Part shown: positions 24,337 through 38,338 of the stretch, in pieces
Numbering within the stretch: position 1 is the stretch's first letter
Layout: each line of letters starts with the position of its first letter
Assembly: GCF_030684315.1 (NCBI RefSeq)
Contig: NC_081369.1
Span: 2,966,689 to 3,030,688, forward strand
Direction of reading: 5' to 3'
Length of the DNA stretch: 64,000 nt
DNA from: Stegostoma tigrinum
Lineage: Eukaryota
Notes under the pieces: model-generated
Seen by the model: only the letters and a program-made list of their open reading frames with translations
What the model was told of the DNA's origin: nothing
Database searches by the model: none
Made by a program: the position numbers and the translations under genes

Positions 24337-25746
24337 GTCATCAGCACTCTACTTCCCCAAATATAACAAAGTGTGAAGCTGGAGTAACACAGCAAGCCAG
24401 GCAGCCTCATGGAAACAAGAAAGTTGACGTTTCGGTTCGAGACCTTTCAGGAAAAAAATCTTTCCACATTCTTTATGCCTTTGATGTGCAGTGGGTGGGT
24501 TTATAACTTTAACTATGGCAATCCTCGTCAAACAGTGAAAAAGATCTGCTGGGGAGAAATGGCATTGTCTTGACTCTGAGCACGGTTTTCATTTCTTGAT
24601 ACATTTCCCTGCTGCAGCCAGAGGGGATGTAGGAGGGCTAAAGTTAAATAGGGCGAACTGGTGTGAAATTTTCCAAAACAATGCGTATAACATGGAGATT
24701 ACTTCATATTCAAGCAGAGCGGAATGTTAATGTTCGGTAAGTCTGCTCACTTTGCTTCAATTGTAGCTAATTTCTGGCGGACGTGTGACACATGGTGAAA
24801 TTGATCATTAGCAAAGTCACTTTGTTCTCCGATAGACAGCACTGTTGCTAAGGCCATGAGTTGTCAATTTTAGGAACAGATCAGCTTCGATTTGTTATAG
24901 TGAGAAAGTAAACTACGTTGTGTACTCACAGATGACTTATGTCGATGTTCCCGGAACCTAATTACACGATAATTCCCATCAACGAGTCCGTTCTCCGAGT
25001 GCTGACTGTCACTGCCGCTGAGGACGATTCAGCCTCACTCCTGGATCCCGACTGACGAGAAAAATAGGCATAATCCGAAGTATGCAAACTCAGAACTTGA
25101 GTTAACTGTTCAGTCGCACATGAGTCAGTTCAGGGTCTATTCAGCCAGAGTAATTTCTATCAGTTGGGGTTGTGAATGATTATTCCAATTAACAGGTGGC
25201 AACCAAGATCGACTGTCCTTGGCACCTGTTATCACATCCCCGTTGTCACTTTCAGCTCTGATCTGCACTAACTCATCAATATCATTTGTTATTATCATCA
25301 ATCTGTATTTTGTAACTTCGTAAATATGTAATATTTGAGCAAAATTCTCCTCAGGTGAATCGCACAGATAGGCAAAGACTCCGATTTACGCTGCTGTCAA
25401 TTTCAGTAAGCAGAGGGAAAATGGGATCCGAGTAACCAAGGAAGAAAGTGTTGACTATTCGCAGATATCCTACTTCCCAAGTAGGGTCGCTCTGACACAA
25501 ATCTGATCACAGTAATGATCACCGGCAACTTGAATGATTTTATGAAGCCAAGTAAGAAGAGCTAGTCACATTTCGCTGTTGTTTACACAAGCTAAGCACC
25601 GGAGAAATGGGGAACAGAAATCGCACTGCTTGCGAGGAAATGGGAAGAAGAAAACGGAGGAAGGAGCAGGTGGTATATGCAGAGGTCAAGACAAACAAGG
25701 AAAGGGGAAACTACAGGACTCCACCCACACGAACAATGTTCAGTAA
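24337..25746 (+). pseudogene. Receptor paralogue B: disabled TM and three cytoplasmic exons
   Basis: Colinear homology to 14526-16173. TM 24337-24551 (stops, mini-PLE insertion, donor GT>GG); cyt1 24836-24879 (stop, donor AT); cyt2 25355-25464 (frameshift; TPIYAAVNF, VDYSQ); cyt3 25591-25746 (VVYAEV). Intron and 3' flank homology runs from ~24130 to ~27500. Confidence 0.85.
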
Positions 25747-28599
25747 TGTTAAAGTTACATAGGGTGGTTGTATCATTGTTTATTTGGATACTAAAGCTAA
25801 CTACATGTGTTAGTTTGCTTGTGAGCCATACTGTCATTGAATGGAGTTGGAGGAACGACCAGGAGTTGTAACGGTAGCTAGACTCTGGAAAATGAACCTT
25901 TGTTTCGTTTCAAATCTCCCAATTCCTGCAAAAACAATGAAATAAATGTATCGCTGTCACAATTTTAAATGACAGTGAAAAACATTGAAGCTCCTTGTTC
26001 AGTCACATTGAAATCGAACGGGCTGTTTACTTGGATCATTCATGTCATACAGTATTGCTTAGAATTTTATCTTGATGTTTACAGCACTGGAAGTGAACAG
26101 GTCTCGCCCACAGTACACGCTCTACAGAAACTTCCTCCTGCTCTGCTTCACAAATCACAAAGAGATAGCCTTCTAATGATTTATATCTAATGATTTTGCC
26201 CAGATTCTACTTCGATCCATACTTGACACCATCCATTCTTTATGATGGCAAATGCACTTTTCTAAACCTTCATTGGGTTTTGCAGTTTCTCCTGAATTTG
26301 TTTTTGTCTAGAGGCTGTCTTTTGTTTATAGTTTCTACCTCCAACACCACCGATAATTGCAAATAGCTCCTTCATGTCCACTCCATTAATAATATTGCGT
26401 TAATACAGTAACATTTATCAAAAGGAAGAAAAACAGGAGTATGAAATTCATTACGATTTTGAAGACATTACCTTTAATTCACCTTTTGATACCCTCCAAT
26501 GCCCCATGATTCGTAGAATATCCTTAAAATATATCTATATATTACTTAGATGGCTGAAACTTAATTGCAATCAAGAGGGAATTTTCATGATAACCAAATT
26601 TCTAAAGCACTTTTCAGACAAGCAGAGATATTTGGCAAGATGTTGGGTGTTGCAATATAGCAATAGCTTCCATGTTGAGGTAGTCGCATTCTTCTTAGGT
26701 CCGGAATTCAAAAGATATGCACACCTTGCGGAAAAGGCCTTCTTGGTCCTGAATGAGCAGCATTTTTTTTTAGATCAAGTTCTGTGCTCCTTAGCTGAGG
26801 GCAACAATTGCCAAAAGCAACTCCATTGAGCCTATGAACCAATTTCTTTTTCCACATTCCAATGGTTTGCCTCACATTATATCTATTTCCAGGGGATATT
26901 AACTTATGAACAATATAATATAATATTCTAATATAATGAGCGAAATCATGGAGAATTCAGTTCACGATCTCCAAACCAGGAACACCCGTTTTTCAGTAAA
27001 GAAATCAAAAATGAATGTCATACAACAAGTATTGTGTTAGTCGGGCAGGATAAAATTCTATTAAATTTATTCAATTGTGTGTTACAATTACTGTCTAAAA
27101 GAGTGAATGCCTAACTAGATTTCTTGATTAACGTGTTGGAATTGTTGTTTGTTGTGGTTCGTCTTCAAGCCTCGCAAATTATAATGAAGCACAGTGTTCC
27201 CAGTTTTTCGTCATTTATGAAATGTTTGTAATTCATTCCTTTGTATTGCGAAGGCTTTAACTTCACAGGTCTCGAACTGTGCTTCAGTTGTCACTTTTAC
27301 CCACAGTTATTCAAGCTATCATAATCTTCCATCTAAATACATCCTCTTAACAGTTTAACTGTTCATGCATTTTTTCAGATCAAATTTCTATTAACTGCTA
27401 ATATGGAAATATCAGCAGTGGTCACTTCATATTGATCACTGAAATTGATTGCAAACGACTCGGACTTTGAATCAGACTCAAATCATTGCACTGAAAATAA
27501 AATATTTGAGTCTCCTGATGCGAAAATGGAAATAGTCCCACCTTAATTTATTTCCAACAGTATGGCCCCTACATTTATGATGGCTTCCGGTTTAATTCCG
27601 GTGACCACACCCTTCTGTCCTTTTTGTCTTTGGCGTTTTAACGTGGTCTAATGATTTAAAACATAAGCTTGGGAATGGAACTTTACGTAGCATGGTCTTT
27701 CCATTTGGCTGTACTCAGAATTGAGTGTAACAAATTTAGGTCATTCTCCCAAGTTACTTTTATCTTTTTTTTGGTTTTATTTTCATCTGACAGATGGACA
27801 GTCAATTATCTCCATCCAGTCCAGTCGTAACTACTGACATTGTAATTTTAGGTGTCATCTTCAGCAACATGGAAGGAGACATATACAGCAGCAAACAGAT
27901 CAGTGATCTTCAGCTTAGATTTCAACGAGGTGATTTGATTGCTCCCTTCGTTGAATCCTTGGTCCAATCCTCAATGAACTTATGAGGTGTGGCTTGAAGC
28001 AGACCTGGAAAAAAATGAAGTGAATGGTGCATGTCAGTACATTTCCACATGTTGAGATAAATCAGTGTATATGCATTGAAGTTTTATTCACAGTTCTTTT
28101 CTCTGGCAAGGTGATTTTAAGGTATCCCTCATGACATTCCTCTTACAAGGTAGGGTGGCATCGTGGTTTAGTGGTCAGCACTGCTGCCTTACAGTGCCAG
28201 GGTTGAATTCCACCATCTCGTTGTATGGAGTGTGCATGCTGTCTGCGTGGTTTTCTTCCCACAGTCAAACGATGTGCAGGCTAAGTGGTATGGCTGTGGT
28301 GTCCAGGGATGTAGGGTTTAGGTATGCTCACCATGGGAAATGTAGGGTTACAGGGTCGGTGGGATGCCCTTCAGAGGCCAGTGTGGACATGTTGGGTTGC
28401 TGGACCTGCTCCCACACTGTAGGAATTCTGTGAATACTCTGATACCTTATTTCATACATCTTAATCAATTTTACAGATGCTTAAGGTTCTCTAAAGTGTT
28501 TCGTTTTGCATATATTTATTTTCAATGATCTGTACATCTGTAAGCCAGAGTTTGTTTTGAAAAATGTTTGTTCTTGCATTTTGAATGCTCAATAAACAA

Positions 28600-29130
28600 A
28601 AAAAGGTCATTCAACAGTTCGAGCTTGTTCAATGTACGCTGATTGTCTATCTCAATGTCATCGTTCCACTGTCTCTTCATATCATTGATGCCTTTATTAA
28701 CTAAATATTTATTGATCCTTTTCTTGAGTATATTTAATGATCCGCACCATTCTGTGGTCGCGGGATCCGCAGATTGACCACCCTCTAGGTAAATAAATGT
28801 TTCCTCACTGCATATCCTGCACCTGTGACCTCTAGCTCTCGACTCCCTTCGCAGGGAGCCCACCCTCCCTGCATCAAATCGTACAGCCCTGTCAGAATTT
28901 GAAACGTTTCAATCTGACCACGTCCCATTCTTTCAAACCATAGTGAACCCAGGGCGCATCACAACAATCGGCCATCATATGACACTCCTATGAGCCTTGG
29001 TGACTGTCTGGTGAACTACACTCCCCCTATGGCAAATATATCCTCTTAGATAAGGAGAAGGAAAAGTGCTTACAATACTCCATCTATGGTCTTATAACAG
29101 CAGTGAGACACCCATAGCTCTGATTTCAAA
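28600..29130 (-). mobile_element. Degraded CR1 LINE 3' fragment
   Basis: ORF 28522..28863 contains ESRARGHR..SLNILKKRINKYL; reverse-complement similarity to 17110-17660. Confidence 0.7.
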
Positions 29131-29304
29131 TTCGCTCGTAATGAGCACATCATTTTCTTTCTTGCTTGATGCACTTGCCCCCTTTGATTGACTGAGGGAC
29201 ATGGACACCCATATTTTTTTCGCACATCTATATATCCGAATATATTCAAATCCTAGATAACAAAGTGTGAAGCTGGATGAACACAGCAGGACAAGCAGCA
29301 TCTC

Positions 29305-29472
29305 GACTCCTCTGAACAGGCAACAAAAAACAACGGGACTGCGGTCAGCGCAGAGAGCGGACACTCACCTCCTTTCTTCTCGAATACCTTCAGGAAACAT
29401 TCACATAATTTGGCACTCCTGAATGTCACATTGAAGAAACCACCCCCGGGGAAGTCCTGCAGGCAGTAGATG
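29305..29472 (-). mobile_element. L1-Tx1-type LINE ORF1 fragment (ZCCHC3-like)
   Basis: The - strand reads IYCLQDFPGGGFFNVTFRSAKLCECFLKVFEKKGGECPLSALTAVPLF, resembling fish Tx1/L1 ORF1p N-termini. Confidence 0.6.
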
Positions 29473-30809
29473 TTTTAATCTTTTTTATATACACTCCAAA
29501 ATGTATGACCTCCACCTCGCAGTTATCCACATTATACTACATTTGGAACAAAAGCAGAAATTGCTGAAGAATCTCAATTGGTCTGGCAGCATCCGTGGAG
29601 ACAAAGCAGAATTAATTTCTCACGTCCAGTAATCCGTCGTCAAACCCTTCCTCTACTCTGTCTGGTCGTCACACGTCCCTTACTGCATGTTCATAATTTA
29701 CGTGCAGCGTGGCCATCTCATTCAACGTGTTACCCACGATCATTTGTCGGTACAGATATGCAATCGCTCATGAGCACTTAACACAAATGCAGGTAAACGC
29801 ACGTTGCATGCATTAGAACATGGAGAGACACAAGCTGAAAGAAGCGCCTGGCAGATCACTGGAAGAAAAGCGACCACATTAAAGTGAAACCCACAGAGCA
29901 AAGGCAACAGTAGGATGTTCTTAATCGGTCTGCATGGGTTTCCTCCGGTTGCTCTGGCTTCCTGCCACATTCCAAAGATGTGCAGGCCAGGTGGATTGGA
30001 TATTGCTAAATTTCCCATAGTTGTCAGGGATTAGTAGATTAAGTAGGTTGTAGGGGAATGAGTCTGGGGTGGGATGCTCTGAGAGTCGGTGTGGACTTGT
30101 TGGGCCGAAGGGCCTGTTTCCACAGTGTAGGGATTTAATGAAATCTATGAAATAAAAGCAGATAACCCGAAGACGCAGCATGCTTCGTGTTTAGTGAATG
30201 CCTGACAGACTGCCTTCAGTTGGTATCGTGTGGTCTCGACAGCAAAAGACACGCAGAGAAACAACACCATGTTGTACAGCTCCACTGTCGAGGTTCATCA
30301 TACAGGGCCGAACAGTCTGACACCGGTTGACACAGGAAATGAGAACCACTGCGCAGCAACTACACTGAGAAATCTCTAAGCAATTGTTCAAAAATGAAGT
30401 CATTAACGATAAGCAAAAAGCTGAAATGGTAGGACGAAGCAGAATTATTCCATGTTGTCTTGAAAATTCATGAGACAGGTCTGATATCAACTTCTTCTGA
30501 GTGTCGCCAGGTCCGAAGTAAAGCTGTAAACAAGACAATGTAGTTGTGACTTTCACTATTACATCGTGCTTCGTAATTAAGCACGCCCAGTCCCTCATCA
30601 TTTTCAAATCTTTCTCTCCCCTCACCCTTCACTGTCAACACGCAGTAACCGGGTCCGTCGACTTTGCGAGAATCTTTGTCTTCGCTATATTCTCCGTGCC
30701 TCTCAATCCTCGGCATTGTTTACAAAAGTATATATAGACGCGTCGGCTGGAAAGCAACAGAATAAGAAATAGGTACACGGCACTTTTGTTCAATGCTTAA
30801 TGCTGTTTA

Positions 30810-31140
30810 AAATTAGATTCCCTACAGTGTGGAACAGGCCCTTTGGCCCAACAAGTCCACACCGCAAGGACCCAACAGTCCTTAAAGCATCCCACCCAGC
30901 CCCACCCCCCATAACCCACACATCCCTGAACACTATGGACAATTTTTAGCATAGCCAATCCACCTAGCCTGCACATCTTCTTGGACTGCGGGAGGAAACC
31001 GGAGCACCCGGAGGAAACCCACGCAGACAGGGAGAGAATGTGCAAACTCCACACAGACAGTCGCCCGAGGCGGGATTCGAACCCGGGTCCCTGGCGCTGT
31101 GAGGCTGCAGTGTTAACCACTGAGTCACTGTGCCGCCCGT
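30810..31140 (-). mobile_element. HE1-like V-SINE (well preserved)
   Basis: Reverse complement of 11478-11790; B-box GGGTTCGAATCCC present. Confidence 0.9.
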
Positions 31141-31243
31141 TCTTTTATTTTCCATTGTGTTAAATACGTATTATTTCTTAAATTATCATCCAGCGCACCA
31201 CTATCTCTGCTGATAATCCTGGGTTACTCTTTATTTCTGGCAG

Positions 31244-31574
31244 CTGCTAACGGGACAGTGGTCTCAGCGAGTCAGGTCCCTGCTCGCACCACTCGACCGA
31301 AAGGCTCAAATACATTCATTAATTGTTCTGCGCCGTTTTTTTTTTCTTTTCCTTCTCAGCGTATTGGCGTTTGGTTATGGTGGAGTGACCGCAAACGTTC
31401 GACGCCGGAATCGACCTCAGACAAAGTGGAAACAGAGAAGGTTTTCAAACAAGGATCTGCCTAGTTCCACCTGCTCAATGCGAATTTCCAACATTCCCGG
31501 TTGTATTCCTGCGGCGTCTAGAAAGGGAGCGGGAAGTTTTTCAATGGCACTGCAAATGAGCTCGTTTATACACG
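31244..31574 (+). pseudogene. Receptor paralogue C, V-set exon with germline J-like G strand (disabled)
   Basis: tttctggcAG / GTGAGT. SQVP..GSNTFINCS..VWLWW..SA*FHLLNANFQHSRLYSCGV*..FNGTANELV; two in-frame stops plus a frameshift near the end. Confidence 0.8.
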
Positions 31575-32809
31575 GTGAGTGATACTAAGGGGGTTGGGGG
31601 TTGTTGAGTTCCTTGAAGTTAATCTGGTACATATATGAGAAATATTGCTGCTTTCAACTATTGGCTGTCAATGTTGTCCGTTCACACAGAGAGCCAGACT
31701 ACTGAATGGCACGTGGAACCCATGCCGCTCTTCTCGGTAAATCCGGTCTGAAGAAGCGTCAAATCGGATTCCAACAGCTAACGTCGCCTGGCGCTCCACA
31801 AATGCTTCCAGGTTTGATGAGTTACTTCGATTTTTTTTATATTTCACGGCACATTGCCAACATCCGCAACATTTGAATTTATACTGAATTAATCACTGCT
31901 TTGTCATTCCGCATTAAGTGGTTTCGTTCCTTACTTTTTCTACTAACTGACACAACATCACGGGATACTAGCACTATTCACAAATCCCACATTGACAGCG
32001 TCTGTCTCTTTATCCATGTGAAGCTGACGGGCCTATAATGCTATTCAGGTCACGGCAGTTGGTGTGTTGAATGCATTAGTTCAGCATTCTCAGGTCTGAA
32101 ACTTCCGCGTTTAGATGCCATGGAAAGCAGTCGATGTGATTTGTATAAAATAGAGCGATGCGTGAAGTTACAGGACAATGGAAGCCATGGCTGTCCCATG
32201 TGACTTTAAGCCTTGGGTTTCTACTTGGTACAGCTCAGAGCTTTTACTGGGGAGGTACATGAAGCCCTGACGAGTGTTAGGATGCATCTTGGATGTGACA
32301 TAGGCTGCAACGGTGGGTATAGTTTGTTGATGTTGGTGATCAAGGTGCTGTTGCGAGTACTGCTTTGAATTACTTTGAATCAGAAGAGCAGACCTGCGTC
32401 CAAATTTACACGGAAGAGTGCAATATACATTTTCTCTTTCTTCGAATTTCTTGAAATTCCTTGAATTATACATGGGAGATTGGAATTAGATTGTCACTAC
32501 ATTGAATTTAATAACGAATGTAGGACAACATGAGCAGGGCAGCAACGTACAAACATAAAATGAAGAGTCAATTTACTGAAGATGTAAAGGTAAAGAAAGG
32601 TAAGAAGGGCCCCTATCCGAAACTTCAACTTTTCTGCCCCTCTGATGCTACTTCGCCTCCTGTGTTCCTTTAGCTCCACACTGTTGTCTCGGACTCAAGC
32701 ATCTGCATTTCTTGCTGTCTTTCAAGGTAAAAACTGGTTGCATACCAAGTAACAAGTGATAGACACGTCTAAGAGATTTCACAACCAAATAAACAGATAA
32801 ATGGTTCTG

Positions 32810-33378
32810 GCTCAAGTCCGCCTCTACTTTCTCATGATGGTAAGGAAACTCGGCATGATCATAGAGACTCGTACCAATTTTTATAGGTGCACCGTAGAAA
32901 GCATTCTATCCGGCTGTACCACGGCTTGGTACAGCAACTGCTCTGTCCAGGACTGGAAGAGACTGCAGAAAGTTAGGAACACAGCACAGTCCGCCAGGCA
33001 TGTCAAGCTACCATCCATTGGCTTCACCAATAGTACTCGATATCTCATGAAGGCAGCCAACATTATGAAATTCCCTTCCCACCCGAATATAACTCTTCCA
33101 ACCTCTTCCATCGGGCAAAAGATATAAAAACCTAAACACACGTAGCATTAGATTCAAAATAGTTTCTTTGCCACAGCATTTAGACGTATGATTGGACATT
33201 TAAAAAGTAATATTGATCTTGCTCTTCGTGCACTTTCTCTGCAGCTGTAACATTGTATTCTTCGCTCTGCCCTATTACCCTAATCCACTTTGCAGGGTAC
33301 AATCTGCCTGGACAGCACGCAAAACAAAACTTTTCACTGTACCTAGCTACACGTGACAATAATAAATCAAATTGAATA
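32810..33378 (+). mobile_element. Rex1/Babar-type LINE 3' fragment
   Basis: ORF 32801..33127 (FYRCTVESILSGCTTAWYSNCSVQDWKRLQKV); characteristic ttttcactgtacc...gtgacaataa tail. Confidence 0.8.
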
Positions 33379-33599
33379 TGGGATGTGGGCCAAATGTTGG
33401 CAAATCGGACGAGATTTGCTTGGGATATCGGGTGGCATCGGCGAGTTTGATTGAAGTGTCAGTTTTCATGCTGTAAATCTTCATGACTCTATGACTCTAA
33501 AACAAATAAAAGTAAGCTCTACACTCCAGCCACATTCATCTATGAGTGGTGGTAAACAATTAGCTAATTCACTGGACAAGGATATATCAATATCCTCAA

Positions 33600-33790
33600 T
33601 TAAACGTTGGAATGCGTTGCCAGCAGCAGTTGTGGAAGCAAGGTCATTGGGGTCATTTGAGAGACTGCTGGACATGCATATGGTCACAGAAATTTGAGGG
33701 TGCATACATGAGGATCAATGGTCGGCACAACATTGTGGGCTGAAGGGCCTGTTCTGTGCTGTACTGTTCTATGTTCTATGTTCTATGTTC
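33600..33790 (+). mobile_element. Short CR1 3' end with (TTCTATG)n tail
   Basis: WNALPAAVVEA..SFERLLD, followed by the UTR and gttctat repeats; a similar copy lies at ~36170-36378. Confidence 0.8.
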
Positions 33791-35012
33791 TAAATATCAG
33801 CCAAGCATCTCAACACAAAATATTTGGGGAAGCACTCGCAACTATCTTCAGGCTGGACTGCTGATTGGATGGTCCATTTCGACCTCCCGTGATGTCTCCC
33901 CGATCATACATGCCAAGCTTCAGCTAATTTGGCTCAGTCTATGTGACATCAAAGATGGTTGAATGCGCTGGAAATGGACAGGGCTCTGGAACCCTCGGCA
34001 TTTTAGAAATGCCGCTTACGTTGTGTACTTCAGAGTCTGCATACCCTTAGCCACTCTGTTCCTGTAAATCTGCAACAATGGTATCTACCCGACAGCATCG
34101 AAAACAGTGCACAGGTTTTCATCTGGGCAGAAAAATCGTGGCTAAGCCAACACTGCCAGATACTGCCCATCTCTACACTCGATATCAGTAAAGTAATGGA
34201 AGTGCCATCAACAGTTCCAAGATACAGCATTTTATTAACAATAACTTGATTTATGTTTGGTTTTTGCTAAGAGCCACTCAGTTCCCGACCTCGATACAAT
34301 TTTTGTCCATGCGTGAACACAAGAGCAGATCTCATGAGAGCTAGTGAGAGTGACTGCCATTAACATTGAAGTGACATTTTACCGAGTGCGGTATCGAGGA
34401 GTCCGAGCAAATCTTGAGTCAATAATAATGTGTGGCAACTTTTCCTCGGTTGGATTTATACCCCCACAAAGGCTGTGGTTGTTAGAAGTCAGTCATCTCA
34501 GCTCAAGAACAGCTGCGCTGGAGTTCCTCCACCCAATATTGTTCGGCTGTTTCGTCGACTTTCACTACACAATAACGTCAGAAGTGGTGTGTAGACTGGT
34601 AAGTGCACCATTTACAATTCATCAGAGCCGCCCACAGCTAAATGTCGTAAGATCTGGATAATCATGGTCATCCATCCTCCTGAAGACTCCTATCGTACTG
34701 ACAGGTTTATTGAACTTTGATTTATCTGATTTTATATTCGTTGTATTTGAACTCTGACGAAACTTCTCCCGGATGTGTTCAGATGCTGCACAATTGATGC
34801 CAGTACAGGAAGACGGCACCTTCCTACTGGATACTGTGTGAAAGAAGTAATGTATTCACTGCGTCGGGCAAATCGAGCTTAATCGAGCTTAGAACCATTC
34901 GACCCAAAGAATATTACAACTTATCAATTTTCTCTTGGTCGTTTTTTTTGTTGTTTACGATGTTGTAATGTAATGCACAAATAACAACTCATTTTCTTTA
35001 AAATATCCGCAG

Positions 35013-35293
35013 TACCCCGAAGCCAGTGAAAATTACTCAGCTGTCCTCTCCAACCCTCACATTCCTCTGTACAGCAGCTGGCTTCTTCACAGGAGACTTG
35101 AACCTCGGCTGTTCGAAAAGTGACAGCGAGACTGCATCTGGAATAAACACAAGTTGAAGACAAACAGAAGAGGGACTACATACAGTTTCCATCTCCCTCA
35201 GCCCTGTGGAGATCGGGTCTGTTAATATGTGCCAGGTTTCTCATGTTTCTCTCGCTGTCCCAGCAAACGACAGTTACATGGTTGTTCATGAGG
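35013..35293 (+). pseudogene. Receptor paralogue C, C1 exon (disabled)
   Basis: Aligns end to end with 11880-12161 (FLCTAAGFFTGDLNL..MCQVSHVSLAVPANDSYMV). 281 bp (1-bp frameshift), in-frame TGA, core Trp lost, donor GT>CT. Confidence 0.9.
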
Positions 35294-36803
35294 CTAAGGG
35301 TCTCAAATTCTCGATACACGTCTGCTCGGTATTAGCTTGGAATCCCCTCTTCCTGCCTTCGCTGATATGAAATTAAACACTCTGAAAGGAAGTAGCTAGA
35401 AGGCATATAGTTATGCATAAGAGGTATTTTACTGAGGTCCCAGGTAAATGTTACGATGTTTAAACACGTGGTGTGTCAGTCCAGGACAGGACAGAGCCAG
35501 AATAGTTAGGTTTGTGACAGTTGGAAAGAATTGAGAGAGAAAGATGGGAAAAACTGACGTCATCTTCAGCAATCTGACTGTCGCAGATACAACTGGCCAT
35601 CACTCTATCTGTACGAGTGACAACTGACTGTTCTTGCGAAAATGAAGTCAAATTCAGTGAGCACCCACACCATCGTGTTGTTTGGCCCTACAATCGTGTT
35701 AAATGGGGCAGATTTAGAACAGTTAGAATAACTCAAGGCCCGGCATCGCTGAGGTGCTCTGGGCCATCAACAGGAACAAAATTGTACTCAAACCAATCTA
35801 CAAAGCATGTCACGCCAATTTCACCACCCTATCATTACCACCAAACAGGTGATCAATCCTAGTTTCAAACAACAGTGCAGCAGGAAATGCCAAGAGGAGT
35901 ACCAGGAACACCAGAACATGTGGTAAAAACATGGCAAACTTTCTAAAAACATGGCTAATTACATGCCAAACAGCACAGACGACAATTAGTAGAAAGGACT
36001 CAAAGTTACCCAAACAAATGCACCACATCAAAACTCTGCAATCCTGTCACACCCAGTCTTGAATAATGGTTGGCATCAAATAAGTCATTGGAGCAGGAAG
36101 TTCTAGGAATACCCCGCCCCACAATTAATGGATGCTCGGGAGATCGTGCAGGGAAAAAAGGCTTAGATATTTTCAGAGAGTGGTTAAGGCGTGGAATGCC
36201 CTGCCTGCCAATGTAGTTAACTCAGCCACATTAGGGGCATTTAAACAGTACTTGGATAACATATGGATAATGATGGGATAGTAGGAGGCGAGGGGATTAG
36301 ATTAGTTCACAGGTTGGCGCAACATCGAGGGCCGAAGGGCCTGTTCTGCGCTGTATTGTTCTATGTTCTATGTTCTATATTTACAACCATCTTCCGCCAG
36401 AAGAGCCAAGTCGATGATCCATCTTGGTCTCTTCGTTTGGTCACCAGCGCCACAAATGGCAATGAAAAATATCAGCCGACGTGATGTTCAGAAACATTTG
36501 GATGGATTGGATATTACAAAGGCTATGGCGGTTGATACTATTCTAGCAATAGCATTGAAGAGTTGTGTTCCAGAGCTTGTCGCAACTCTTGCCAAATTGA
36601 TCTAAGATAACTGCAACTTTGGTATCTACGTGAAAATTTGAAAAAGCACCTGGGGTATGCCCATGTGCGGAAAAAGCATGACAAATCCATTTTGCTCCAA
36701 ATGCCATTCCATCGGTCAGCTGTCCTTCATCAACTAAATGATTCTATGTGTCATCTCCAATGCTATCAATTAGCACTTTCTCAGCAATAACCTGCCCAAT
36801 GAC

Positions 36804-38338
36804 AGAAATAATAGGAACTGGGTGCTGGAGAATCCGAGATAACAAGGTGTGGAGTTGAATGCACACAACAGACCAAGCAGCATCTTAGGAGCAGGGAAGC
36901 TGGCGTTTCAGGCCTGAACCCTTCATCAGAAATTGGGGTGGGGAAGAAGGTTCTGAAATAAATAGGGAGAGAGGGGGAGGCTGATTGAAGATGGTTAGAG
37001 GAGAAGATAGGTGGAGAGGAGACAGACAAGTTAAAGAGGTGGGGATGGAGCAAGTAAAGGTGGGAAGGTAGGAAGGAGATAGGTCAGTCCAGGGAAGACG
37101 GACCGGGGCAGGATGAGGTTAGTAGGTTGGAAATGTGGGTGCAGCTTGAGGTGGGAGGAGGGGATAGTTGAGAGGAAGAACAGGTTAGGGAGGCGGGGAC
37201 GAGCTTGGCTGGTTTTGGGATGCGTTGTGGGGAGGGGAGATTTTGACGCTTGTGAAATCCACATTGATACCATTGGGCTGCAGGGTTCCCAAGCGGAATA
37301 TGAGTTGCTGTTCTTGCAACATTAAGGTGGCATCGTTGTGGCACTGCAGGAGGCCCTGGATGGGCAAGTCGTCTGAGGAATGGGAGGAGGAGTTGAAAAG
37401 GCTCGTGACCGAGAGTTGCAGCTGTTTATTGCGAGCAGAGGGCAGGTGTTCTGCAAAGCGGTCCCCAAGCATCCGTTTGGTTTCCCGATGTAGAAGAGGC
37501 CACAATGGGCACAGCGGATCGGTATATCACATGGGCAGATGTGCAAGTGAATCTCTGCTTGATGTGGAAAGTCTTCTAGGGGCCTGGGATGGGGGTGAGG
37601 GAGGAGATGTGGGGGCAGGTGCAGCACTTCCTGAGGTTGCAGGGGAAGGTGCCGGGTGTAGTGGGGCTGGAGAGGAGTGTGGAGCAGACAAGGGAGTCAC
37701 AGAGAGAGTGGTCCCTCCAAAAAGCAGGCAAGGGTGGGGAGGGAAATATGTCGTTGGTGGTGGAATCGGATTGCAGGTGGTGGAAGTGTCAGAAGTTGGT
37801 GGGGTGATATGTGAAGACGAGGGGGATTCTCTTTTGGCTGTTATTGCGGGGACGAGGTGTGAGGGATGAGTTGCGGGAAATGCGGGAGACACGGATAAGG
37901 GCGTTCTCGACGACTGCGGGGTGGGGGGAGGGGATGTTGCAGTCCTTGAAAAATGAGGACATCTGAGATGTGCGTGAGTCGAATGCCTCATCCGGGGAGC
38001 AGATGCGGCGGAGACCATGGAATTGGGAATCGGGGATGGCGTTATTGCAGGAAAGTGTTTGGGAGGAGGTGTATTCCAGGTAAATATGGGAGTTTGTGAG
38101 CTTGAAAAGGATATCCGTTTCTGGGTGGTTGCCTGAGATGGAGACAGAGAGATCCAGGAAGGTGAGGGGGGAGTTTGAGATAGTCCTGGTGAACTTAAGG
38201 TTGGGGTAGAAGGTGTTGGTGAAGTGGATGAACTGTTCAAGCTCCTCATGGGAGCACTAGGCGGCGCCGACACAGTCATCAGTGTAGCGGAGGAAGAGGT
38301 GGGGTTTAGTGCCAATGCAGGTGCGGAAGAGGGATTGT
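36804..38338 (-). mobile_element. Penelope-like element (family 2), 5'-truncated: RT C-terminus, GIY-YIG domain and 3' hammerhead-like end
   Basis: RYTDDCVG (RT), CGLFYIG / ETKRMLGDRFAEHL (GIY-YIG); CTGATGA..GAAAC core on - at ~36900-36930; TSD TGCCCAATGAC (36793-36803 / 38339-38349); inserted into a CR1/L2-group LINE. Confidence 0.85.

Noticed and set aside
27794-27986. Strong splice acceptor followed by a 63-aa ORF
   Set aside because: No recognisable domain and no paralogous match; the phase-1 frame stops quickly.
29363-29400. GTGAGT donor-like site on the - strand suggesting an antisense gene
   Set aside because: It lies within an L1-Tx1 ORF1 fragment whose frame reads through it.
30640-30712. 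Possible leader exon for paralogue C (DFARIFVFAIFSVPLNP); a similar candidate lies at ~41435-41492 for D
   Set aside because: Hydrophobic and well placed, but there is no ATG and no intact GT donor, so it cannot be supported.
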